From an uncultured virus (IMG/VR IMGVR_UViG_3300001041_000009) (taxonomy: Duplodnaviria > Heunggongvirae > Uroviricota > Caudoviricetes): a stretch of 64,000 nucleotides of DNA. Where the stretch lies: the IMG/VR virus record IMGVR_UViG_3300001041_000009, positions 1 through 64,000 of that record; one strand, 5' to 3'. Shown piece by piece: positions 1-9,465 of this stretch. The notes under the pieces were generated by a model. The model was not told where the DNA came from. It saw only the letters and a list, made by a program, of their open reading frames with translations, and did not search any database. Position 1 is the first letter of the stretch. Each line of letters opens with the position of its first letter. A program made the translations under genes and the position numbers.

Positions 1-24
1 ATTAATACCCCCCCCCCCATCATA

Positions 25-270
25 TTAAACTTCAACAAAACAAAATAATCTTAATTTGTATTCACTAAGGCCGAGGAGATTAAGAACCTTCTTTATCCTA
101 GAGGTCCTATGCTCCAGATTGCTTATACCACTATCACCAAGTATAACCTTGTTACCACGTTCGGCAACGGTAATAAAATTTGGTAGATTAATTGTATCAA
201 GTTTAAGTAATACATTTCGTGGAATTGCAAACCCAATAAACGTAGTTAACTTCATAGGATTAATTGGCAT
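25..270 (-). CDS. hypothetical protein
   Basis: 81-aa ORF with a strong RBS (AGGAGGAG) upstream, co-oriented with neighbours. Confidence 0.7.
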   Translation of the reverse strand: MPINPMKLTTFIGFAIPRNVLLKLDTINLPNFITVAERGNKVILGDSGISNLEHRTSRIKKVLNLLGLSEYKLRLFCFVEV

Positions 271-295
271 TTTAATCTCCTCCTAATTAATAGAG

Positions 296-1054
296 TTAAT
301 CAATTTTAAAATTAATCGATTCTAAATATTCTAAAACTTCTGGGTGTGGTTCTTTAATGCATGTAATACACCCCGGATCAATTTTAACTGCGAATAATTG
401 TACCATACAACTTGGATTTTTAAGAACTCTAATAATATCAGTATCATTTACCAGGGCGGCTAATTGAACTTCTTCAGACGGATTGGTTATTAATTGAATA
501 TTGAATGGATCTAAACCAATTGATAATGCCTGGATGAATAAACCAGGGTCTTTGATATATTGAATAGATGAACTATAACTTCCAATGGCAGTTATTTGAA
601 CCAATATATTAGGATTCTCTATATATTGAATACTATGACCGTTTCTCTTTACAGCAAGCAACTGAATTTCAACACTCGGATTCTTAATGTATTTAATAGT
701 ATTACCACAGCCTGTCACAGCATGTATTTGAACGTTTATATCGGGATTTCTAATATACTGAATATTATCCCAGTTCTGAGATACAGACTCCATCTGGGCT
801 TCAATACATGGCTTTCTAATATGGCTAATAGCCCAATCATCTTTAGTGACAGCAGCTAATTGCACCTCAACACTTGGATCGTTAATGAATGTAATGAATA
901 ATGGATCGATTTGTACCGCCTCCATATCATCCATGGATTCATTATATTCACAATCAGTGACAATATTATCTTCTTCATGGTGTAAAAAGGTTGTTGTTTT
1001 CACAACCTTTTTACACTCATTTGAATCTACAACATTAGTAACGATATTTTTCAT
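296..1054 (-). CDS. DUF4116-like 24-aa repeat protein
   Basis: Tandem repeats of the form I.YI.NP..EVQL.AV..NG..; RBS GGAGG. Confidence 0.8.
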   Translation of the reverse strand: MKNIVTNVVDSNECKKVVKTTTFLHHEEDNIVTDCEYNESMDDMEAVQIDPLFITFINDPSVEVQLAAVTKDDWAISHIRKPCIEAQMESVSQNWDNIQYIRNPDINVQIHAVTGCGNTIKYIKNPSVEIQLLAVKRNGHSIQYIENPNILVQITAIGSYSSSIQYIKDPGLFIQALSIGLDPFNIQLITNPSEEVQLAALVNDTDIIRVLKNPSCMVQLFAVKIDPGCITCIKEPHPEVLEYLESINFKID

Positions 1055-1074
1055 TTTATTATCCTCCTTAATTA

Positions 1075-1478
1075 TTAAAACTCAGTAATAACAACTTTCC
1101 CAGCTTCCATTAGTTGTACTAATTCTTTTGTGGGTGGTAACGTATCACCGTATGGTGATTTTTTAATAACACTAATAGTTATTGGATGTGGGGTTATTAA
1201 AAAATCAGATGGTTTAAACTGATCTTCATAATGTTGTGTACCATCATTTTCCGTTACAACACTTGGATATCTTACTGGTAATCCAAGTGTTGTCAATTCA
1301 TCAATAATAACATCGGTAACTTCTCCGATACCCCCATATCCCATTCCATATCCGGCTGTTCAGTCAATGTACGGATACAATCAAATACACTGTTATAGAT
1401 ATCATCATTCCGTTCAGCCATTCCATCTGTTAATTCAAGTTCTTCTTTAGGACTTTCAATGTTTATATTGATTAACAT
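1075..1478 (-). pseudogene. hypothetical protein split by a 1-nt frameshift in a G5 run
   Basis: ORFs 1293..1478 and 1075..1344 join into MEWDMG-GIGEVTDVIIDEL if one G is added to the run at 1331-1335; RBS GGAGG before the TTG at 1478. Confidence 0.6.
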
Positions 1479-1503
1479 AAAATCCTCCTATTATAATCAT
1501 TAA

Positions 1504-1797
1504 TTACGTTTTTGATACAAATATTAGTTTCAAGTCAAGGACATCTGCAATTCTAAGAATAGTACTTAAACTTGGAGAAACATGTTGATTTTCAATCATT
1601 GAAATATTTTGTTGTCTAAATCCAAGTATTTCAGCCAAATTTCTTTGGGTAAGACTCTTTTCTTTTCGGCTCTTAACTAATTCACATATCAATTCATATT
1701 CGAATTTAATTAATTCGGGACTTTTTAAAGACCCATTGCGATATTTTTGATCGGTAATGTCAACATTACCGATCGTTATGAGTTGAATTCCACTCAA
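1504..1797 (-). CDS. XRE-family helix-turn-helix regulator
   Basis: RKEKSLTQRNLAEILGFRQQNISMIEN...SPSLSTILRIADVLD, a classic HTH_3 pattern. Confidence 0.85.
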   Translation of the reverse strand: MSGIQLITIGNVDITDQKYRNGSLKSPELIKFEYELICELVKSRKEKSLTQRNLAEILGFRQQNISMIENQHVSPSLSTILRIADVLDLKLIFVSKT

Positions 1798-1806
1798 TTT
1801 TAATCA

Positions 1807-2145
1807 TCACTCCTTTATCTCAATATGTATTTTACCTATTGCCATTGCTTCCTCTTTCATTCGTTTACGGACAACACCCTTATTAACCCCTTTATTCTCA
1901 CAGTACATTTTAATGTACATCAGAACTTTAGGATCTGGGTTTTGAATATGGACAATATTCTTAGCACTATGCCGTACAGCGATCATCTGTAATTTCCTAC
2001 CTGGATTCTTGACATATCTGATATTACTACCATTATGTCTTACTGCAGCTACCATTAGTTCATGACTAGGTTTGTTTGCCAATGCAATAGATAAGTCACC
2101 TGCGGCTGCTAATATAGCAGCAATTTTCTTTTGTAATTTAGTCAT
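1807..2145 (-). CDS. short DUF4116-like repeat protein
   Basis: AAVRHNGSNIRYVKNP repeats; start moved to the ATG at 2145 behind RBS GGGAGG. Confidence 0.75.
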   Translation of the reverse strand: MTKLQKKIAAILAAAGDLSIALANKPSHELMVAAVRHNGSNIRYVKNPGRKLQMIAVRHSAKNIVHIQNPDPKVLMYIKMYCENKGVNKGVVRKRMKEEAMAIGKIHIEIKE

Positions 2146-2146
2146 G

Positions 2147-2887
2147 TTAGTTAGCCTCCCCATTCATTAATTTTACCGTATCGATTATATATCGTAATTC
2201 ATTATTAATTGAAACAAGAATATCTCCTTTAATATATAGAACAGCATACGGATTCTGACAAATGGCAGCAAGTTGTATTTCTTTTGAGGGATTATCGATA
2301 TACTGAATAGCAAGTCCATCTTGTCGCACCGCAGCTAATTGAACCTCAGTATCTGGATTTTGAATATGCCTAATATTACAACCATCTTGACCCATACTGT
2401 ATAATTGAACATCTTTGTGTGGATTTATAATATGGGCTATAGTATTTTTATCTTTAGTGATAGCAAGTAACTGAATAGCCATACTAGGATTTTTAATATA
2501 TTTGATTATAAATCCATGCGAATTTATCGCAATCATCTGTAAAATTAAATCTGGATTTTTAATATGCTGAATTGCATAAGCATCTTCTTGAACTGCAAGT
2601 ATCTGTACAGCATATTGTGGGTCATTTATATACCGAATAGAATACCCATTCTGTCTAACTGCAACTATTTGAACATCTTCATCAGGATCTTCGATATACT
2701 GAATAGCAGGCCCACTTTTTCTTACAGCCTCTATTTGCACATCTTTATCGGGGTTTTTAATATACTGAATAATATCACCCGATTGTTTAACGGCAGCTAA
2801 TTGTATTTCTTTACAGGGGTCTTGAATTAACTTAATAGTTAAAGGCTCCTTTGTCACCATCTCTAATTGATGTTTTAATAAGTTCAT
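2147..2887 (-). CDS. DUF4116-like 24-aa repeat protein
   Basis: About nine repeats of IQYIKNPDKDVQ.EAV; start at ATG 2887 behind GAGGAGG. Confidence 0.85.
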   Translation of the reverse strand: MNLLKHQLEMVTKEPLTIKLIQDPCKEIQLAAVKQSGDIIQYIKNPDKDVQIEAVRKSGPAIQYIEDPDEDVQIVAVRQNGYSIRYINDPQYAVQILAVQEDAYAIQHIKNPDLILQMIAINSHGFIIKYIKNPSMAIQLLAITKDKNTIAHIINPHKDVQLYSMGQDGCNIRHIQNPDTEVQLAAVRQDGLAIQYIDNPSKEIQLAAICQNPYAVLYIKGDILVSINNELRYIIDTVKLMNGEAN

Positions 2888-2888
2888 G

Positions 2889-3194
2889 TTAAATTCCTCC
2901 TCTTTCTCGTACATAATCTAATACTTTCACACAAGGATTTTCGATATATTTGATATACTTAATATTTTGCTTTACAGCAAGCATCTGAGCCTTTTTACAA
3001 GGGTTGTCAAACTGTCTAATATATTTACCACCCTTTAACTTAATGAGAGCCACCTGAGCTTTTTTACATGGATTTTCAATACGTTTAATATACTCATCAT
3101 TATTTGATTTAATAATTTCCATTTGTTTCTTCTTAGTGAAATGACCAAATAAAGCATTAAACATTTCCGATGCTATATCTACTTGTTTTTTCAT
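2889..3194 (-). CDS. short DUF4116-like repeat protein
   Basis: YIK.IENPCKKAQ..AV repeats. Confidence 0.75.
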   Translation of the reverse strand: MKKQVDIASEMFNALFGHFTKKKQMEIIKSNNDEYIKRIENPCKKAQVALIKLKGGKYIRQFDNPCKKAQMLAVKQNIKYIKYIENPCVKVLDYVRERGGI

Positions 3195-3236
3195 TAATCA
3201 ATCTTCTCCCTTCTGTTTTATATGTAGTATACTATA

Positions 3237-3246
3237 ATAATATATA
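3237..3246 (-). promoter_or_regulatory. early-type phage promoter motif TATATATTAT (representative copy)
   Basis: Same 10-mer on the minus strand upstream of leftward genes at 3237, 4997, 5685, 9403, 11338, 12106, 12790, 15268, 20551, 25848 and 61619. Confidence 0.7.
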
Positions 3247-3476
3247 ATTTAAAATTATTATGACCTTTTACTTAACTGTTACCATCTTAATTAAATTATA
3301 AATTATTTGAATGGAACATAATAGTAATGAAATAATTTAATTACTTCATAAGGTTATAGATGACAAAAGCTGGACTTCTGCTCTATGATATCACTTTAAT
3401 GAATCCCGACATATTTGGGGGCTTGGTTCTTAAATTGAGGGTTGTTTACATACACTCGTATGAGAAATAGTACAAA

Positions 3477-3514
3477 AAAAATAAAGGAGTACCTTAATTG
3501 GTACTCCTTTATTT
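3477..3514. terminator. bidirectional intrinsic terminator
   Basis: AAAATAAAGGAGTACC-ttaatt-GGTACTCCTTTATTTT hairpin with A/T tails. Confidence 0.8.
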
Positions 3515-3786
3515 TAACGTCTAAAATCCTTTAATATTTCAGACTCTATCTTATGCCAAATAATAGCGTTTGAGTTAATAGATGTTAACCAAGGCTCATC
3601 ATCACCAATAAGTGAATGCACCTCAAAGATCTCAATATCGCATTTGATCGAATTCTCACTATTTGATATTAAGATATACGAGTATTGAATTTCATTCACT
3701 TTGATTACACCCGAATAAATGACAAATCCCATTCCTCTGGAAACTAATCTAGTTGTATGATCTTTATTTGTTAAGTCTTTATCCAT
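3514..3786 (-). CDS. hypothetical protein
   Basis: 90-aa ORF coupled to the upstream gene. Confidence 0.7.
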   Translation of the reverse strand: MDKDLTNKDHTTRLVSRGMGFVIYSGVIKVNEIQYSYILISNSENSIKCDIEIFEVHSLIGDDEPWLTSINSNAIIWHKIESEILKDFRR

Positions 3787-3787
3787 T

Positions 3788-4186
3788 CTAATAAAATCTC
3801 CTTTTCAAAACTCTCACATCTAACATTGATAAATCAACATTTTGGTGTGGGGTTGTAAAACCTTCTTCTTTACGAGTCGACATCCCTTGTTTAATTGAAA
3901 AACATAGAGCATATTCTCCGGCCTTTTCTAACCCTTTAAAGAGATTAGTTGGGGCCTTTACTGCCCCAAAAGACTCAACGATTTCCTTTGTGGTTGGATG
4001 CCCAATATAATGGGAAATTCCAGTTAGATCAGGAATTTCTGAGATGTTAATAGAATTGATTTCATAACAACCATCCAGTGGAATAATAGTTGTTGATAAG
4101 ATTGCAATAGGCATTCCATAAGCATCTTTACATGAACAAAATCCCGTGACATTCTTTTTTCCACAAAACATACAAGTGTTTTCCAT
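3788..4186 (-). CDS. DUF1874 (STIV B116 / AcrIII-1-like) protein, putative cA4 ring nuclease, with an N-terminal Cys-rich extension
   Basis: ILSTTIIPLDGCY...ISHYIGHPTTKEIV...GEYALCF resembles the DUF1874 pattern, including the conserved GH motif; recognised by eye. Confidence 0.55.
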   Translation of the reverse strand: MENTCMFCGKKNVTGFCSCKDAYGMPIAILSTTIIPLDGCYEINSINISEIPDLTGISHYIGHPTTKEIVESFGAVKAPTNLFKGLEKAGEYALCFSIKQGMSTRKEEGFTTPHQNVDLSMLDVRVLKRRFY

Positions 4187-4213
4187 TTTACATTACCTCT
4201 TTCTTTTTAATAC

Positions 4214-4393
4214 TTAACCACATTCACTCCAACCATTTGGGGCGGGACACGTGGCCCAATGTTCGCCTGAACCACATGTACACTTACGTGTAAAATTAGA
4301 TGTGTCTTCACATGTTGGACATTGGGATTTCTCACTCGCACAGTTCCAACACTCGTGATATGAGGAAATCATTGCAAATATTACCTCTTCCAT
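4214..4393 (-). CDS. small Cys-rich protein (59 aa, not in the ORF track)
   Basis: MEEVIFAMISSYHECWNCASEKSQCPTCEDTSNFTRKCTCGSGEHWATCPAPNGWSECG; RBS AAGGAG. Confidence 0.65.
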   Translation of the reverse strand: MEEVIFAMISSYHECWNCASEKSQCPTCEDTSNFTRKCTCGSGEHWATCPAPNGWSECG

Positions 4394-4431
4394 TCTATAT
4401 CACTCCTTTCTTTATTTTAAATTTACCACAT

Positions 4432-4620
4432 TCACTCAGAAATTTCCCCCTCCTCATTATTCCACCATTTCCCAGGTAAGATTTCCTCGAATTCAATTTC
4501 TGTAGGTTTTCCAGCTCTAGACGATTGGCAAAGTAAACGACAGAGGGGGCACTCATTATCTCCAATTAAACTTTTTGTAATATGATTAAATTTACATTTA
4601 AAGAAAATTCTTTTGGGCAT
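4432..4620 (-). CDS. small zinc-ribbon-like protein
   Basis: CxxxH...CPLC motif; RBS CAGGAGG. Confidence 0.65.
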   Translation of the reverse strand: MPKRIFFKCKFNHITKSLIGDNECPLCRLLCQSSRAGKPTEIEFEEILPGKWWNNEEGEISE

Positions 4621-4650
4621 TTTTCAAACCTCCTGTCATAATTTTATGTT

Positions 4651-4953
4651 TTATACAGTATGCTTAAACTTACTGTGATAATACTCGCCAGCAGGGGAAA
4701 TTATAGTTAATTGGCAACCAATATTCCCCCATGAACCACTCCCCACTTCCCAACCTTTAGATTTGATGAACTTAATTGCATCTTGAATAAGATCGAAACA
4801 TGGATGTAATTTAATAGTTTCTGGACTTGGATTAAACGTATCATATGCGGCACATAGATAATCCTTTACTCTTTCACAATCTCCGGCGTATAAATGCTTT
4901 CTTAATTTAGAAATAAAACTCATACTGTTACCGAGTAAATTAAAATCATACAT
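4651..4953 (-). CDS. hypothetical protein
   Basis: 100-aa ORF, RBS AGGGAG, early motif at 4997. Confidence 0.7.
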   Translation of the reverse strand: MYDFNLLGNSMSFISKLRKHLYAGDCERVKDYLCAAYDTFNPSPETIKLHPCFDLIQDAIKFIKSKGWEVGSGSWGNIGCQLTIISPAGEYYHSKFKHTV

Positions 4954-5012
4954 TTTATCAACATCTCCCTTTATATAATTTAGGTATCGTATACGTATAA
5001 TATATACTTGAA

Positions 5013-5645
5013 TTATCTAGCACATAATTTTTGTTGACAATATTCTATTACATCTGGATGAGGATCATAAATATATTTAATTACTCTTTTATCTTTATAT
5101 ACACACAATAACTGTATATCTCTATCAGGATTTTTAATATATTTAATATCAAATATATTATTTTGTATAGCTGCAAATTGCATATTTATATCTGGATTTG
5201 TAATATGTTGTATATTTGAACTATCTCTTTGTACTGCTAATAGTTGAATGTATTTATCCGGTTTATTGATAAATCGTATTGATGCACTATTCTTATTTAT
5301 AGATGCCAATTGGATATCTGTATCAGGATTATCAATATATCTAATAGAGCTACCATCGTTAACAGCAAATAATTGCATTTCTTTAGTTGGTTTATCAATA
5401 TAATATATAGCCCTACCATCATCCTTAACAGCAGTTAATTGAACATCTAAGCTTGGATTATCGATATACTTGATATTAATACCATTGTTAATTACTGCAG
5501 CCATTTGAATTTCATTATCTGGATTTCTAATATAATGAATAGCATACCCATTTTGTTTTACAGCAATTAGTTGCAACTCTTTACTTGGATTATCAATAAA
5601 TAAAATGTTTAAAGGATCTTTTAACACCATCTCTAAATCGGTCAT
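5013..5645 (-). CDS. DUF4116-like 24-aa repeat protein
   Basis: Starts MTDLEMVLKDPLNI like its paralogs; RBS GAGGAG; about eight repeats. Confidence 0.85.
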   Translation of the reverse strand: MTDLEMVLKDPLNILFIDNPSKELQLIAVKQNGYAIHYIRNPDNEIQMAAVINNGINIKYIDNPSLDVQLTAVKDDGRAIYYIDKPTKEMQLFAVNDGSSIRYIDNPDTDIQLASINKNSASIRFINKPDKYIQLLAVQRDSSNIQHITNPDINMQFAAIQNNIFDIKYIKNPDRDIQLLCVYKDKRVIKYIYDPHPDVIEYCQQKLCAR

Positions 5646-5821
5646 TTTAATCTCTCCTCTATTAGTTTTTAATATTATACTATTATAATATATACTTGAT
5701 AGAGGAGAATATACTAATTGATTAAAAATAAATAATACCAAATAGAATTTAAATTCTATTTGGTATTATTTTAATTAATATATTGAGTATCAACTATGAC
5801 GTATAATGCGTCAACTACGAC

Positions 5822-7846
5822 CTACTGAATATCAAATAAACTTACCATTCTATTTGATATATCAAGATTTGCGTAAGGCAACAAGTCAAATTTTCTAAGA
5901 TATACACTAGTCGAACTATTTCCAGTTCCAAGCAAGTAATAATATCCATTGTATGCTTCAATGTTTGGATAGACAGATTGCATCGTTCCTTGAACAACGA
6001 TACTGCTATTACCAAGATTGGAAGGGTCTATTTTTAATATTTCAGTTCTTTGTCTTGCACATGTGCTATGAACCAAATAAATATTAGTACCATCTGTGAA
6101 AAAATATCCTTTTGACCCAGCATCTTGAATCTTAATTTGTTCCACTATCGCCTTAGACGTAAGATTGATTTTAGATAAGAGTATTTTAGTATTGAATGGT
6201 TCTGTGCTATTTGAAATTTGCCTTAATGCGTAATACAGATAACCATCTTTGCAGAAGCAAGAACCCTCCCAGTTAGCTTGCGAATCAACGAATTGAGGTT
6301 CAAGCCAATATTCAAAGGTTAAGAAATCTAGTGTCCTGATCAAAATACTGTTTGGAATCAAACTATTGAACAGTAAGCCACAATAATAATAACCATCAGT
6401 GTGTTTACTCGCCTGTGCCCCAACATTAGGAAAGTGGTCTACACTTGGAAGCGTGAATACATTTAAGCTAATATTATCAGTTGTAAAATCAAAGGTCGCC
6501 GCCTCGTAAGTAAACTGACAAATACCTGCGGCTCCGAAAGTGCTAGTTGCTACATCAAACACTTTACGCAACATATACCATTTGTTGTCACTAAGTTTCG
6601 CGCAAAACGTAACTGTTATATCCCCATCAATGATAATTGGTGTAGCGCCGCCAACACCTGAGATAATTGTAAAACCGCCAACCGCATCCCCATACTTACC
6701 AACATCATACCTACCAAGTAATGTCCAACTATCCAAATCAATTATTTCCAAAATAGAATATGCGTCTGTATACGTTGGGCTATCTCCTGTTCCAACATCA
6801 TTAGTAAGCATACAGCAATAGGCTAAACCATTTACTGCATCAATCGCAAGTTTGGAATCATGGGAAAAATTAGTCGTCATTTTATAGCGGACATCAAATG
6901 TATCCTTATCAAATTTCACACTGTTTAGATAAGTTGTCATTTCATCGACAACCGATTGTGTACCTACATTCCATCTATTAGCAGGGTCTTGGTATGTTAA
7001 AGACTTGTCTGAAAATGTAACGCAATTTGTTTCAACATACTTTTCGGTTGCAAGTCTGTCATAAATGTACTTATACACAGACAAATTTGCTAATATATTG
7101 AATTCTAAGTATTTACAGTTTTCTGGTATAGTAATTTCAACATCCCATACACCGTCACCATAACATTCCCCCCCAATGAAGATAGAATCTTCATCCAAGT
7201 AAATGACATGGTACAAATCAGCCCTGCTACCTGTAACCTGAATATGGAATTTATCTCCCGCCTTAACTTCGATAGGTTCTGTGTAATAGTAGTATAATAG
7301 GCTGGTTAAAAGAATTAATGTATGTCCAAGGTCGCTATTCATAGCAGACCATCTTGCACCGCTTATTGCCGGTACAGTTTGTAATACATAATCACCCGTT
7401 AAGTGTGTCCAATCTTTTTCACCACCAATATTTGTCTTTAATTTACCAATTTGCCCTCTGACTGCTTCCCCTGCACTTCCATAGGTTATACCATCGGCCC
7501 CAATTTTCAGATCTATTAATTCTGCACTACCACTCGCTACACCATAAACAAGTAATACATAATCACCCGCTACTGCTGTATATCCTGTCGCTACTGGTGT
7601 AACGCTTGCAAGATTAATTTGTCCTGTAGTTGCTCCACTCTCTACTATTAATAATACTCCAGTTATCCCTGCTGTAGATTTTTCGTAAAAAGAAGCATTG
7701 GTGACCGCGACTAAATTATTAATCCTTGCCTTCTCAATATCTAATGCTATTTGCGGTGCTTTATCAGCTAACTGTGCCGTAGTTTCTGCCTTATACGCAG
7801 CAAGATCTGCTTTTACAGTACCCGGTAATTTAAAATAACCTTCCAT
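5822..7846 (-). CDS. putative tail-associated protein with a C-terminal beta-propeller/glycoside hydrolase-like region
   Basis: N-terminal ELIDLKIGADGITYGSAGEAVRGQI motif seen in phage minor structural proteins; beta-rich C-terminal half; downstream of a late-type promoter. Confidence 0.5.
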   Translation of the reverse strand: MEGYFKLPGTVKADLAAYKAETTAQLADKAPQIALDIEKARINNLVAVTNASFYEKSTAGITGVLLIVESGATTGQINLASVTPVATGYTAVAGDYVLLVYGVASGSAELIDLKIGADGITYGSAGEAVRGQIGKLKTNIGGEKDWTHLTGDYVLQTVPAISGARWSAMNSDLGHTLILLTSLLYYYYTEPIEVKAGDKFHIQVTGSRADLYHVIYLDEDSIFIGGECYGDGVWDVEITIPENCKYLEFNILANLSVYKYIYDRLATEKYVETNCVTFSDKSLTYQDPANRWNVGTQSVVDEMTTYLNSVKFDKDTFDVRYKMTTNFSHDSKLAIDAVNGLAYCCMLTNDVGTGDSPTYTDAYSILEIIDLDSWTLLGRYDVGKYGDAVGGFTIISGVGGATPIIIDGDITVTFCAKLSDNKWYMLRKVFDVATSTFGAAGICQFTYEAATFDFTTDNISLNVFTLPSVDHFPNVGAQASKHTDGYYYCGLLFNSLIPNSILIRTLDFLTFEYWLEPQFVDSQANWEGSCFCKDGYLYYALRQISNSTEPFNTKILLSKINLTSKAIVEQIKIQDAGSKGYFFTDGTNIYLVHSTCARQRTEILKIDPSNLGNSSIVVQGTMQSVYPNIEAYNGYYYLLGTGNSSTSVYLRKFDLLPYANLDISNRMVSLFDIQ

Positions 7847-8317
7847 TTATCTCACCCCCACAATTTGAACAATTGGGGTTCCTGTAGAAATAACATGGAT
7901 TGTCGTTCCCTGCATAGATATACCATATCCTGTTTCAGCAGGTAATAAAGTACTTGTTGTACCATTAACAGATGCAACCCCATCGACCTCATAATAAGCA
8001 TCACCTGGTCCAACATTAAGAATATCAAATCTTTTACATACACCTGAAAATGTAAATAATGTATCAGTATTAGCTACTAATGTATATCGTTTAACTTCAT
8101 TAACAGTATTGCCTGCAATAAATGCATTAATAGTAGTTTGTATACCTTTCATAACATTATAAATACTAGATAACCAACCTCTTGAACCAGTACCACCAGA
8201 TTCCTGAGTTACTCCAGTAGCATCAGTTCCATCTAATACAGCTTGTGCTGACCAAGTACCATCACCATTATCTTTTACCTTAAGGTTAACACCACCATAA
8301 TTAACGAATTTATCCAT
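7847..8317 (-). CDS. putative virion structural protein
   Basis: 156-aa Gly/Thr-rich ORF, RBS AAGGAG, AACA-N6-TA at 8346-8357. Confidence 0.6.
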   Translation of the reverse strand: MDKFVNYGGVNLKVKDNGDGTWSAQAVLDGTDATGVTQESGGTGSRGWLSSIYNVMKGIQTTINAFIAGNTVNEVKRYTLVANTDTLFTFSGVCKRFDILNVGPGDAYYEVDGVASVNGTTSTLLPAETGYGISMQGTTIHVISTGTPIVQIVGVR

Positions 8318-8413
8318 AGCTATTCAACTCCTTTATATTTGTTTTTATTACTATGTTTAATTGTATTAATACAAAAAAATAAAGGATACCTCAATACCCT
8401 TTATTATTTTTAA

Positions 8414-9382
8414 TTAATCCGCGTCATATTCAATTTTAGCTATATTGAATTTCTCTCTAAGTTCACTAACATATTGATCAGCTTCAGCATTTGTTAGTAT
8501 ATCATTTTTGGATAACAGAGAATTAACTTTACCATTACCATTGAAGACAATCACATAAATAGTTTTATTTCTACAGTTAACTAGTACACTAAGTTTTTCT
8601 TTAATATATATACCCGAGGAATCAATTTGTTTAGCTAGAAGCCTCTTAGTATAATCTATAACCTTTCTACTAGGATCATAGATATATCGAATTGCATCAG
8701 GGCATATATCAACAGCAGCTAATTGAATTTCCTCACTAGGATTAGCAATGCACCTAATGAGACTATAATCTAGATTTAATGCTTTAAGAATCACTGTTTT
8801 AAAAGGTTTCTTAATATGCATTATAACTATAGGATTTTTTTCAATAGCTGCTAGTTGGACTCGCTCCGATGGATTGAATAAATATTTAATTACTGTACCA
8901 TTTTCCCTTACTGCTGTTAATTGTACATCTTCAGATGGATTATTGATAAACTGTATCATCTTCCCATCTTGTTTAAGAGCAGTTATCTGTACTACCTCTA
9001 GCGGATTGTGAATATATTGTAACGCTTTAGCCTTAATAGAGTTCTTAACTGCTGTCATTTGTAATAATTCGGACGGATGCTCAATAAAGCATATCGCCTG
9101 TCCATTTTGTTTGATAGCAGTCAGTTGAACTTTTTCAGACGGATCTTTAATAAACTGCAATAACATTCCATCTTGTTTTACGGCAGCCAATTGGACTTTT
9201 TCTGTGGTATTATGCATAAATTTAATGTCCCAGGCACAGTTTAAAACTGATTCTAGTTGTGCTTGTTCACTTTGTTTCTCCAATGTAATCGTTTGATTAA
9301 TAATGGAGTTGATCATATTTAATTTTTCTAAAGGAATATCTTTCCGGGTATAGCCTTCCATTTTGTTTGTTAGCTCCTTCAT
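8414..9382 (-). CDS. DUF4116-like repeat protein with a unique C-terminal domain
   Basis: About eight 24-aa repeats followed by about 75 non-repeat residues; start may be the ATG at 9361. Confidence 0.8.
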   Translation of the reverse strand: MKELTNKMEGYTRKDIPLEKLNMINSIINQTITLEKQSEQAQLESVLNCAWDIKFMHNTTEKVQLAAVKQDGMLLQFIKDPSEKVQLTAIKQNGQAICFIEHPSELLQMTAVKNSIKAKALQYIHNPLEVVQITALKQDGKMIQFINNPSEDVQLTAVRENGTVIKYLFNPSERVQLAAIEKNPIVIMHIKKPFKTVILKALNLDYSLIRCIANPSEEIQLAAVDICPDAIRYIYDPSRKVIDYTKRLLAKQIDSSGIYIKEKLSVLVNCRNKTIYVIVFNGNGKVNSLLSKNDILTNAEADQYVSELREKFNIAKIEYDAD

Positions 9383-9465
9383 TTTTTATGTATTACATTA
9401 TTATAATATATAAACAAAAAAAGTAAGAATACGAATTATCGTATTCTTACTTTTAGTTAATTAAG

